Shown here: positions 51,606 to 63,050 of the stretch, piece by piece
Layout: each line of letters starts with the position of its first letter
How positions within the stretch are numbered: the first letter of the stretch is position 1
DNA from: Mobula hypostoma
Lineage: Eukaryota
Assembly: GCF_963921235.1 (NCBI RefSeq)
Contig: NC_086097.1
Coordinates: 248,932,001 to 248,996,000, forward strand
Direction of reading: 5' to 3'
DNA: 64,000 bases
Notes under the pieces: generated by a model
Database searches by the model: none
What the model was told of the DNA's origin: nothing
The model's input: the letters and a program-made list of their open reading frames with translations, nothing else
Made by a program: the position numbers and the translations under genes

Positions 51606-52918
51606 TGTCATAAGTGGGGCGCTGGGAGCGGACCCAAATGCAAGACACAGACACCAAAGTACTAGGAACAGGACTAGGTTTGTCAAGAGAGCAAGGGAAG
51701 CGGGAACGAAACGACGCTGGACAAGACACAGGCCCTGGACGAGGCTAGGATACAGGGCCTGGGCTACGACTAGACTAGGGAAGCGGGACCTGGACGAGGA
51801 ACTATGAACTTGGAACCTGGACAAGGACTCCGAGCCAGAGACTGGACAGGGACCTAGAACCTGGGTCTTGACTTGGGCTCAGACCCCGGATGTAGGTTAG
51901 GACAAGGCGTAGCTACAGGACAAGGAGTGGCAACAGGACTGGACGTGAGACTCTTGGACAGGTCGAGGGAATCCCAGCACCGGGCTGGGTGAGGTAATCC
52001 TGGGCTGGGCGAGGCACTCCTGGGCTGGGTGAGGCACATGGACAGGATGAGAACACAAAGCCTTGACTTGGTCGAGGGAGACAGGAACGCAGAGCCTTGG
52101 TCATGAGAGAACAGGAACATGGAACACAGAGACAGGACCCCTCCTAGGGAGCAGGACCTAGCGCCAGGACTCATACACAGAACACTGAGAGACAAATCTC
52201 CACTCAAGGTAGTGGCAAACGGCCAGACCTACCCAGAAGAGGCGAGGGCACAAAGAGATGGTTCCCAACTCAAGGTAGCGGCAAACAGCCGAACCTACCT
52301 AGCGAAGGCATGGACACAGAGACTGTTCCCAACTCAAGGTAGTGACAAACGGCCGGACCTACCTAGCGAAGGCGTGGACACAGAGACAGTACCCAACACA
52401 AGGTAGCGGCAAACGGCCGGACCTACCTAGCGGAGGCATGGACACAAGCAAGGTAGCAGACAAGGCTTCAGGCAATGGCAGCAGGCGAGGCTTCAGGCGA
52501 AGGTAGCAGGCGAGGGCTACAGAAGGAAGGAGAAGGGAAGGGAACAGTCCAGGAACTGAAGCTGAACCCAGGCGCTGTTTTTGTAACACTCACAACACAC
52601 TGGAGGAACTCAGCAGGTCGGACAGCATTCATGGAAACGATCAGTCACCTGACGAAGGGTTCCGGCCAGAAACGTTGACTGATCGTTTCCACGGATGCTG
52701 CCCGACCTGCTGAGTTCCTCCAGCGTGTTGTGAGTGTTGCTTTGACCCCAGCATCTGCAGAGAATTTTGTGTGGCTGTTTATGTAGCCAGCCCAAAATGA
52801 GAATCATGTGCCTCAATTAAGGCATCAACAGAACAAGGGAAAACCGGAAAACCTGGAATAAGGATCAATGGACTGGTCCGTGAACCGGAATGCGGACTTC
52901 ACAGACCCGACCATGACA
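51606..52918. mobile_element. Solo LTR (about 1.1 kb plus a nested 0.2 kb insert) with internal ~63-bp tandem repeats
   Basis: tgtcat...atgaca inverted ends; 5-bp TSD gaact/aaact; removing it rejoins a Rex-like fragment (gaaagttgtgaact|cagtcagctccatc); about 4 copies of aaggtagcggcaaacggccggacctacc at 52205-52450. Confidence 0.78.
52585..52772 (+). mobile_element. Fold-back mini Penelope-derived element with hammerhead core at the hairpin tip
   Basis: Arms 52585-52647 and 52676-52738 enclose CTGACGA..GAAAcgt; TSD gctgtttttgt / gctgtttatgt. Confidence 0.8.
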
Positions 52919-54146
52919 AAACTCAGTCAGCTCCATCATGGGCACCAGCCTCCCCAGAATCCAGGTCATCGTTAAAGGCCAATGCATCAAAAACCAGCAT
53001 CCATCACTAAGGACCCCCATCAACCAGGACACACCCTCTTCCCATTGCCACCATCAGGGAGGAGGTACAGGAGCCTGAAGGCACATAATCACCAATTCAG
53101 GAACAGCTTCTTCCCTCTGCCATCAAATTTCTGAATGGACATGGAACCATGAATACTACCTCACTACATTTTTGCACTACTTATTTAATTTAACTTTATT
53201 TTATATATATATAGCAATTTATATTTTTTATTATTACGTATTACATTGTACTGCTACCACAAAACAACAAATTTCACGCCATATGCCGGTGATATTAAAC
53301 CTGATTCTGATTCTGACCATGAGACTCATAAGCTGTTCCTTCCCCCAAGCTGTCAGACTGATCAACATGCCCACACTTTAACCGCCCCCACCAAAGTCTC
53401 ATTAGTCAGGGCATCAAGGCAGGGAGAAGGCAGGAGAACGGGGTTGAGAGGGACAATAAATCAACCATGATGGGATAGCAGAAAAGAATTGATGGGCAGA
53501 ATGGCCTAAATCTGCCCCATTCCATATCCACACCACCTACATACGTACAGTAAGTCAGTATTTATATTTAATTGTTTTTTTGTTTAAAGGTACGATGAGG
53601 AGTAGAGTTGGCCCTTCTTGACCCTTTGAGCTAAGCCACCCCAGCAACCCCTGCCAACTCTGATTTAAGCCTAACCTAATCACAGAGCAGTTCACCTACC
53701 CGGTATGTCTTCGGACTGTGGGAGGAACCTGGAGCACCCGGGGAAATCCCATGTATTCCAGAGGGAGGATGTTTGAAGAATCCTTACAGAGGACATTGGA
53801 ATTGAATGCTGAACTCCGTAACGCACTGAGCTTTAGTAGTGTCGTGCTAACTGCAGTGTTACTGTGGTGTCTTTCTAACTCGAGCATGTAACAGTTACTT
53901 GTACATTGTGTTTTACAGTATAGATTGCTTTTATATTTATTTTTATTGTCTTTTTACCATTTGTATTGCATTCTTTATGCTTATTGTGTTTTTTTTTGTG
54001 CTGTCTCGGATCGGAGTAACAATCATTTTGCCCTCCTTTACAGTTGAAAATAGATAATCTTGAATCTTGAACGTTTTCCTCCAATCACCTTAAAATGGTT
54101 TCTTACAATATCACCCTATCTTGTGTTTTTATTGACTTACCCGTAG

Positions 54147-54320
54147 GATGAAGACATAGTGACATTGCCTGGGGTCAAGGGTCAGAAGGGTGAACCAGGA
54201 ATCCCTGGAGCTGCTGGCCATCCCTGGATTCCCTGGACCCCCAAGAACGGTCATCCTGCTGAATTTGGCCCACGAGGACCAGCTGGTCCCCCCGGTCCAC
54301 CTGGAAAAGATGGAAAAGTG
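54147..54320 (+). CDS. COL15A1: COL15A1-like exon E, first interrupted collagenous segment
   Basis: Acceptor ttacccgtag, donor gtgagt; 174 nt, phase 0-0. Reads [58 protein letters not shown], including the multiplexin KGQKGEPG motif. Confidence 0.9.
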
Positions 54321-54426
54321 GTGAGTGAATTAACCGTGGGCTTTTCTCAGCTCCTCACCTTTTCTTCTGTTTAACTGAACCCTGATCAAAAGAGATCATG
54401 TTTCTGAACACAACAGGCTGGAGGCA

Positions 54427-54506
<80 letters not shown>

Positions 54507-54555
54507 GCTCACACACACACACACACGCTCACACACACACACACACACACGCGCG

Positions 54556-54587
<32 letters not shown>
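54427..54587. repeat. (CA)n/(CT)n compound microsatellite
   Basis: Directly visible, about 110 nt downstream of exon E. Confidence 0.97.
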
Positions 54588-54588
<1 letters not shown>

Positions 54589-54599
54589 AATGTAAAACC

Positions 54600-55275
54600 T
54601 CTGATGCTGTCCTTACCCACATCTCCTCCATTTCACAAATGTCCATGCTTACTCCATCTTCTCTCTGCCTGAACAGTGATGGAGTTTCCTCTTGTCCTTA
54701 CCTAATATCCCGTGAGCCTTTGCATCTGACACATGATCCTCTGCAACTTCCGCCATCTCTAGAGGGATCTTACCACCAAACATATCTTTACCTTTCCACC
54801 CTGCCCTCCCCACACTTTCTACAGGGATTGTTCCCTCCATATCCATGTCCATTCGTGCTATACCTGCCCATTTACTTCCTCCCTCACCTCCATTCAGGGC
54901 CCCTGTCACTCCTTCCAGGTGAGGCAAAACTTCACCTGTGGACATGCTGGGATCACCTATTGTGGCCAGTGCTCATGATGCAGCCTGCTCTACATTGGTG
55001 AGACCTGTCGTAAACTGGGGGACTGCTTTGTTGAGCATCTCTGCTCTATCCCCCCAGAAACAGAATTTCCCGGTAGCCAAACATTTTAATTCTGATTGCC
55101 ATTCCCGTTCTAACATGTCAGTCTATGGTCTCCTCTTGTGCCAAGATGAGAACACACCCAGGGTGGAGGAGGAACACCTTATATTACATACCGGGTTGCT
55201 TCCAACCTGGTGGCATGGATATCAATTTCTGACCTGTTGATTTCTCCCAGCATTTTGTGTGTGCTGCTCTGGTTT
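54600..55275 (+). mobile_element. Decayed Penelope-like element, GIY-YIG endonuclease region
   Basis: LYIGETCRKLGDCFVEHL from 54988, then PVAKHFNSDCHS.SNMSVYGL..RVEEEHLI. Confidence 0.85.
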
Positions 55276-55376
55276 AAGATCTACTGATGTTCAAGCTGTG
55301 GTCCATGCCAATGAGGCTTAACTTTTCTCTTTTATTCCCATGAGGACCCCTTTCTAACTCTGCTCTGTCATTACAG

Positions 55377-55403
55377 GGGGTCCCTGGAAAAGATGGACTG
55401 TCT
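55377..55403 (+). CDS. COL15A1: COL15A1-like exon F, 27-nt Gly-X-Y micro-exon
   Basis: Acceptor ctctgtcattacag, donor gtaagt. Reads GVPGKDGLS, three intact Gly-X-Y triplets. Confidence 0.85.
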
Positions 55404-55489
55404 GTAAGTATGCTGGTCATTGTGCAAAAGTTGAACTGCGGTATGCTGACGACCAATGTGGTGACACAGAATATACTCAGTTGCTGTTC

Positions 55490-56150
55490 AGTTTGCTCAC
55501 CACTTTATGGGAAGCATGTGGAAGCTTTAGGGAGGATGCAGAGGAGATTTACCAGGATTAGAGAGCACATTGTTTGAGGAATGGTTGAGTGAGTTATGGG
55601 TTTTTTCTTTGGAGTGAAGGAGGATGAGAGGTGACTTGATCGAGGTGTACAAGACATTAAGAGGCATAGGTAGAGCGGACATCCGGAGATTTTTCTCCCA
55701 GGGTGGGAAGGGCTACAATGAGGGGGCATTATTATTTTAGGGCATTTGGAAGAAAGTACAGGGGAAATCTCAGAGGTAATTTTCTTTTTACGCCGAGTGT
55801 GGTGGGTGTATGGAACACACTGCCAGGGATGGTGGTAGAGGCAGATAAATTAGGGACATTTAGGGAACTGTAAGATGAGCACATGGATGATAGAAAAATG
55901 TAGGGTTACGTGGGAGGGAAGGGTTAGATTGTACAGAAGAAAATTTGTAAATGTTGAAAATCTAGAGTAACAGACAAAATACTCAGCAAATCAGGCAGTC
56001 TCAGCCCGAAATGTCAACTGGTTATTCCCATCTATAGATGCTACCCGACCAGCTGAGTTCCCCTAGAACCTTGTGTGTTAGATTGATCTCAGAGCAGGTT
56101 AAAGGATCAGCACGATGGGCCAAAGGGCCTGTACTGCGCTGTAGTGTTCT
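55490..56150 (+). mobile_element. Decayed CR1 3' end with a small Penelope-terminus insert (about 55950-56080)
   Basis: CR1 RT C-terminal codons and 3'UTR gggccaaagggcctgtactg. Confidence 0.75.
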
Positions 56151-56919
56151 CTGCTCCCCGTCACTCTTACTGAATCAACACTGGTAGTCTGATGATCAGA
56201 AACAGGAACCTGGAAATCAAATTGGCAAACAGAGGAAACCAGGGGATAAGACAGCACAAGAGGTAATGGCTAGCTGTGTAGTGACAGGCCAATGGGCCTC
56301 ATCAGCCGTGGTTGGCAGCTGATCTAGGAGAAGGAAAACTCTGATCTCAAACCTCTGCTGCTATAGGCACTTCTGGACTAATCCTTGAGGAAAATAGGGA
56401 GCTGCAGTCCCTATAGTAGTGCGACGTTGAGTTCAACGCAGTCTGACAACTCCTGAGACGCCACTGGTGGCAAACTGCGTCAGTCTCTGCCATTCCTTTG
56501 GATTCATCAGCTGCATTGAGCTGGGAAGCCTACTACATGGGCAACAGCCTGCTCTCCATATCATACTTCCCTGGCTTGGGTAAAGGCTTTCACACACAGC
56601 TGGGATGCAATGTCCATGGTTGACCTCAACCAACAAAGGGCCTCTTTCACAGTGTTGGAAATTATAACCATATAACAATTACAGAAGTTGTTATTGTGCT
56701 GGGAATAAATTGTGTTGGGAAAAAATAAATTAAATTGTGCTGGGAAAGCAGACACATCCAAGGTAACAGAAGATACAACATAGAAGAGGTAGTCAAGCTA
56801 GCAGTGACTATTTAAAGGCCTGTTGAAGAAAGTAAAGGATGTTTGAGGTTTTGAATTGTCTGTGGCATTGATAGAGTTAGATGAAGAGAAATGAGATGAC
56901 AGAAGATTGTATGTGTTAA

Positions 56920-57290
56920 GATCATACGATATAGGAGCAGAATTAGTTCATTTGGCCCATTGAACCTGCTCTGCCATTTCATCATGGCTGATCCACTTTC
57001 CCTCTCAGTCACTATCTCCTGCCTTCGCCCCGTATCCTTTCATGCCCTGACCAATCAAGAATCTATCAACCTCTGCCTTAAATAGACATAAATACTTGGC
57101 CTCCACAGCCACCTGTGGCAAAAATTCCACAGATTCACCACCCTCTGGCTGAAGAAATCCCTCCTCTTCTCGGTTCTAAAAGGACCACCCTCTATTCTGA
57201 GGCTGTGTCCTCTGGTCTTAAACTCTCCCACCATAGGAAACATCCTCCTCACATCCACCCTATCAGGGCCTTTCACCATTCGATAGGTTC
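56920..57290 (-). mobile_element. CR1 LINE 3' end
   Basis: ORF 57055-57279 (RMFPMVGE..RGHSLRI..FFSQRVVNLWN). Confidence 0.88.
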
Positions 57291-58907
57291 CTAGGAAAAT
57301 AAGTAAATAAATAATACTGAAAAAATGATTTGTGCCCAGGCTAGATGGGCCAAGTGGCCTAATTCTGCTCCCGCAATCTTCTGGTCTTGTGATCTTATTA
57401 TTATTGTTCCTTGTTTCTTCTTGTATTTGCTCGGTTTGTCAGTCTTTCTTTGGAGTTTTCATTGATTGTTACTATTCATCTCTGCTCTACTGAGAGTGCT
57501 TGCAAGCAAATGAAGCCCATAGTACTATACACACTTAGATAGTGAATCTGAATGTTGAACATTGAACTTTTCTGGGTTTGGAATCTGGAAGCCTGGACTA
57601 AAGACTGAGAGACATGGGTTCAAACCTCCCCTCAATACTCAGCAACTTAAACTTACTTAAGTAAATCTGGGAAAAGTTCAAAGTACGTATTGTATATGTC
57701 ACCGTATACAACCCTGAGATTTGCTTCCTTGTGGGCATACTCAATAAATCCGAGAAATGTAACAGAATCAATGAAAGGGACAATCAGCCTGCATAAGACA
57801 AGTGTACAAATACAAAAAGAAAGAAAGAAAAAACAATAAATAAATAGATAGGTGAATGAGCAAATAGACAAATAAATATTGAAAACATGAGAAGAGTCCT
57901 TGAAAGTGAGTCCATAGGTTGTGGGAATATTTCAGTGATGGGGCGAGTGAAGTTCAGTGAGGTTATCCTCTCTGGTCAAGAGCCTGATAGTTGAGGGGTC
58001 ATAACTGTTCCTGAACTTGGTGGTGTGTGTCCTGAGGCTCCTGTACCACCTCCCTGATGGCAGTAGTGAGAAGAGAGCATCACCACAGCACTCCGTGTAG
58101 ATGTGTTCAGGAGTAGTTTCGGTCCTATTTCATGTATTATTGGACAGGATGAACCTGTAGATGTGTAGCTTATTCTCCTTGCAGCACAGTAGTGGAGGGG
58201 TTAGTGCAATAGTTGGCAGTGCCTGCACTCACGGATCGGGGTTCAAAACCCATTTACTCATGGGGCAAGTGAAGATGCGTTAAGCTCTGTCATCCGGTTC
58301 GGCAGCCTGATTGTTGGGAGGGTAATAACTGTTCCCGAACCTGATGGTGTGGGTCCTGAGGCTCCTGTACCTCCTTCCTGAAGAGAGTGAAGGTAAAAGT
58401 GAAGCAGACTGATTGCTACAAAAGCCATCTCATTCACCAATGCCTTTGAGGAAAGGAAATCTGTCATTATCACTCGATCTGATCTTGGTATGATTATGGA
58501 CTCGCAATTTAGGACCTGAAATAGCCAAGCAGTTGTATGAAAGTGATTCTTCAGGCAGCAGCAACAAAGCTGGGAATGTACTCTGTATCAATTACAGTAT
58601 CATTTTCAACAAGTCATTTGCAGCACCATCAAAAAGTGCTCTTATATTTGCTCGACAGCAGCAGGCGATCCAAGAGCCATGTTTGTGTGATCATATTGCC
58701 GCCATGATATCTCCCTGTCCACAATCGTGTTGATAGGCGTTTCCATGCACAGACCCCATAGAGACAAGGTCTCTTCCTCGCACTTTCCAAATCAGAATCA
58801 GTTTTAATATCACTGGCTTAACGTCCTGAAATGTAGCAGGCCAGGCGGCAGCTATGGAAAAGAATAAACAGCTGATGTTTCGGGCCGAGACCCTTCATCA
58901 GGTCACG

Positions 58908-59748
58908 ATCATAAGACCATAAGATGTAGGAGCAGAATTAGGCCATTCAGCCCATCGAGTCTGCTCTGCCATTCCATCATGGCTGATCCCGGATCCCACT
59001 CAACCCCACACACCTGCCTACTTGCCGTATCCTTTTGATACCATGATCGATCAGGAAGTTATCAACTTCCGCATTAAATATACCCATAGACTTGGCCTCT
59101 AACGCAGTCTGTGGCAGACGCATTCCACAGATTTACTACTCTCTGGCTAAAATAACAAAATTCCTCCTTACTTCTGTTCTAAAGTGTCACTCCTCAATTT
59201 TGAGGCTGGGCCCTCTAGTTCTGGATTCCCCCACCACAGGAAACATCCTCTCCACACCCACCTTATCTAGTCCTTTCAACATACAGTAGATTTCAATGAG
59301 ATCCCCACCCCCCACCCCCGCTGCATTATTTTAAATTCCAGTGAGTACAGGCCCAAAGCTGCCAAACACTCCTCATATGTTAACCCATTCATTCCTGGAA
59401 TCATCCTCATGAACCTCCTCTGGACTCTCTTCAATAACAACACATCCTTTCTGAGATATGGGGCCCAAACCTGTTGGCAATACTCCAAGTGCAGCCTGAC
59501 TAGTGTCTCATAAAAGACTCAGCATTATCTCCTTGTTTTTATATTCTATTCTGCTTGAAATAAATGCCAACGTTGTATTTGCCTTCTTTTCCACAGACTC
59601 AACCTGTAAATTAACCTTCTGGGAGTCCTGCACGAGGACTCCTAAGTCCCTCAGCACCTCTGATGTTTGAACCTTCTCCCCAGTTAGATAATCAACTACG
59701 CTGTTGTTCCTTTTACCAAAATGCATCACCATACATTTCCCAGCACTA
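58908..59748 (-). mobile_element. Decayed CR1 LINE 3' portion
   Basis: ORFs 59276-59488 and 59508-59822; (cataagac) tail at about 58908-58925. Confidence 0.87.
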
Positions 59749-60059
59749 TTGGGAACCACTCCGGGATCAGCCATGATGAAGGATAGTAGCCGAGACGTCA
59801 GCTGTTTATCCTCTCCCATCAATGCTGCCTGGCCAGCTGAGTTCCTCCAGCACTTTGAGCATGTTACTTTGGATTTCCAGCATTCGCCGCTTTTCTCGTG
59901 TCTTGTACTTTGTTGTTTTATGCAGAAGTATATTAAAATACAGATAAATAAAAGATCTATAAATTACAATATAAAATATGTTTTTAAAAATTAAATTAAG
60001 TAAGCAGTACAAAAAATATATATATTGGTGTAGTGTATATGTGTTCATCATCCATTCAG

Positions 60060-60450
60060 ATATCTGATGGCAGAGGGGAAGAAGCTGTTCCTAAGGTCTT
60101 GAGTGTGAGTCTTCAGGCTCCCGTACCTCCTTCTTGATGGTAGCAATGAGAAGAGGGCACGTCCCGATAATGGATGCCACCTTTCTGAGGCATCGCCTTT
60201 TGAAGGTGTCCTGGATGCCGGGGAGGCTGGTGCCCACGATGGAGCTGGCTGAGTTTATAACTTACTGCAGCTGTTTCTGATCCTGCGCTGCGGCCCCTCC
60301 GCACTAGATAGTGATGTATCCAGTTAGAACGCCTCCAGCGGTATGCCTGTAGAAATTTGCAAATCTTTGGTGTACTACCAAGTCTCCTCGAACTCGTAAC
60401 GCAATATAGCCACTGTCGTGCCTTCTTTCTAACTGCATCACTATGTTGTG
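60060..60450 (-). mobile_element. Rex/Babar-like 3' fragment
   Basis: KKARQWLY motif and LLPS.RRY.SL motif. Confidence 0.7.
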
Positions 60451-60639
60451 TGGATAATTTCAGAACTGAATTGGGCAACGATCTAGGCGTAACACATACC
60501 CAAACCTATTCTACCTCAACCTAAAACCTTGAAAACTAGCATAGTGCCATTTCACCCATTCAATCAACTTTCAAATAAGAGCATAGCCACAGAATTAGGC
60601 CATTTGGCCCATCAAGTCTGCTCCACCATTCCATCATGG

Positions 60640-61280
60640 CAGGACATCTAACATATTGACTGGCTGCATCACAGCCTGGTATGGGAATACCAATGCCCCC
60701 GAATGGAAAATCTTACAAAAATTATTCAATATGGCCCAGTCCATCAAGGGTAAAGCCCTCCCCACCAATGAGCACATCTACACGGAGCGTTGTCGCAGGA
60801 AAGCAGCGTCCATCATCACAGACTCCCACCACGCAAGTCATGTTCTCATCTCACTGCTGCCATCAGAGAAAAGGTACAAGAGCCTCAGGACGCACACCAC
60901 CAGGTTCAGGAAGAGTTATTACCCCTCAACCATCAGGCTCTTGAACCGAATTCTCTCTGCCCAGAGGGGATAACTTCACTTGCCCCATCACTACCTGTTC
61001 CACAACCTATAGACTCGCTTTCAAGGACTCTTCATCCCATATTCTCGACACTTATTGATTATTTATTTATTTATTTATTATTATTGTTGTTCCCTTACTT
61101 TATTTCTTTGTGTATTTGTTGTCTTTTACACACTGGTTGTCAGCCCTGTCAGTGAGGCTTTTCATTGATTCTATTAGGGGTTGCTGGACGTCAATTACAA
61201 TTGCAAGAAAATGAATACCATAGTTGTACATGGTGACACATATGTACATTGATAATAAATTTAATTTGAACTTCGAACTT
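60640..61280 (+). mobile_element. Rex/Babar-like 3' end with long UTR
   Basis: ORF 60656-60973 (TGCITAWYGN..LLPSEKRYKSLRTHTTRFRKSYYP); the same UTR recurs in reverse near 6830, 7385, 27700, 30630 and 57680. Confidence 0.82.
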
Positions 61281-61534
61281 TGATTTACTTTCCCTCTCAA
61301 TCCCCTTCTCCTGTCTTCTGTCCATAGACTTTGACACCCTCATGAATCAACTGCTTTAAATATGCTCAGTAATTCGACCTCCACATCTGTCTGTGGCAAT
61401 GAATTCCACAGATTTACCACCCACTGGCTGAAGAGCTTCCTTCTCATAACTTATGAACTTTCAAAGAGTCTGTCCTCCATGGACTCTGTCTACACTTCTT
61501 GTGCTGCCTCGATAAAGCAGACAGCCTAACCAGG

Positions 61535-62422
61535 AACATACATCAAAGTTGCTGGTGAACGCAGCAGGCCAGGCAGCATCTCTAGGAGGAGGTACAGTCG
61601 TTTCAGGCCGAGACCCTTCGTCAGGACTAACTGAAGGGAGAGCTAGTAAGAGATTTGAAAGTGGGAGGGGGAGGGGGAGATCCAAAATGATAGGAGAAGA
61701 CAGGAGGGGGAGGGATGGAGCCAAGAGCTGGACAGGTGATTGGCAAAAGGGATATGAGAGGATCATGGGACAGGAGGTCCGGGGAGAAAGACAAGGGGGT
61801 GGGGGAAACCCAGAGGATGGGCAAGGGGTATAGTCAGAGGGACAGAGGGAGAAAAAGGAGAGAGAGAGAAAGAATGTGTATATAAAAATAAATAACGGAT
61901 AGGGTACGAGGGGGAGGCGGGGCATTAGCGGAAGTTAGAGAAGACGATGTTCATGCCATCAGGTTGGAGGCTACCCAGACGGAATATAAGGTGTTGTTCC
62001 TTCAACCTGAGTGTGGCTTCATCTTTACAGTTGAGGAGGCCGTGGATAGACATATCAGAATGGGAATGGGATGTGGAATTAAAATGTGTGGCCACTGGGA
62101 GATTTTTCCCCCCTCCCTCCTTTTCCTTCTCCCTAGGCCTCCTGTCCCATGATCCTCTCATATCCCTTTTGCCAATCACCTGTCCAGCTCTTGGCTCCAT
62201 CCCCCCGCCCTCCTGTTTTCTCCTATCATTTTGGATCTCCCCCTCTCCCTCCCACTTTCAAATCTCTTACTAGCTCTTCCTTCAGTTAGTCCTGACGAAG
62301 GGTCTCGGCCCAAAACATTGACTGTATCTCTTCCTAGAGATGCTACCTGGCCTGCTGCGTTCACCAGCAACTGTGATGTGTGTTGCTTGAATTTCCAGCA
62401 TCTGCAGAATTCCCCATGTTTG
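61535..62422. mobile_element. Penelope-like element with inverted terminal repeats and 13-bp TSD
   Basis: Minus-strand GIY-YIG C-terminus (61925-62100); arms at about 61535-61805 and 62108-62385; TSD cagcctaaccagg / cagtctaaccagg at 61522-61534 and 62423-62435. Confidence 0.87.
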
Positions 62423-62519
62423 CAGTCTAACCAGGGTTAGTTTGATACTGAGTAGGTTAAAATTTGGGCTGAAGGGCCTGTAATGTGCTGTACTTTCTAC
62501 GTTTATAGGCAAAGCTGGA

Positions 62520-63050
62520 TAGGGTACTTAGTAAGGCCTCACTTGAAGCATTGTGGGGTTTTGGACCACTTATCTAAGAAAGGATGTGTTGACGTTGGAG
62601 AGGGTTCAGAGGAGGTTTACAAGAATGATTCTGGGAATAAAAGAGTTACTATATGAGGACTGATTGAAGGCTCTGGGCCTGTACTCACTGGAATTCAGAA
62701 GAATGGTGGGGGGACTCATTGAAACCTATCGAGTATTGAAACGTCTCGATAGAGTGGATATGGAGAGGGTGTTTCCAATGGTGAGGAAATCTAGGACCCG
62801 AGAGTACAGCCTCAGAATAGAGGAACATCCATTTAGAACAGAGATGAGGAAAAATTTCTTTAGCCAGAGAATGAAGATGATGAGAAATTACTTTAGCCAG
62901 ATTTCATTGCCGTAGGCTGCTGTGGGGGTCAGATTACTGGGCGTATTTAAGGCAGAGGTTGATAGATTCTTGATCACTCAGGGAATGAAGGGATACGGGG
63001 AGTGGGTAGAAGATTGGGGCTGAGTGGGAAATTGGATCAGCCATGATGAA
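62520..63050 (+). mobile_element. Decayed CR1 LINE 3' end
   Basis: ORF 62664-62915 (GLYSLEFRRM..FFSQR) and 3'UTR. Confidence 0.86.

Noticed and set aside
54398..54595. His/Thr-rich ORF
   Set aside because: Translation of a (CA)n microsatellite.
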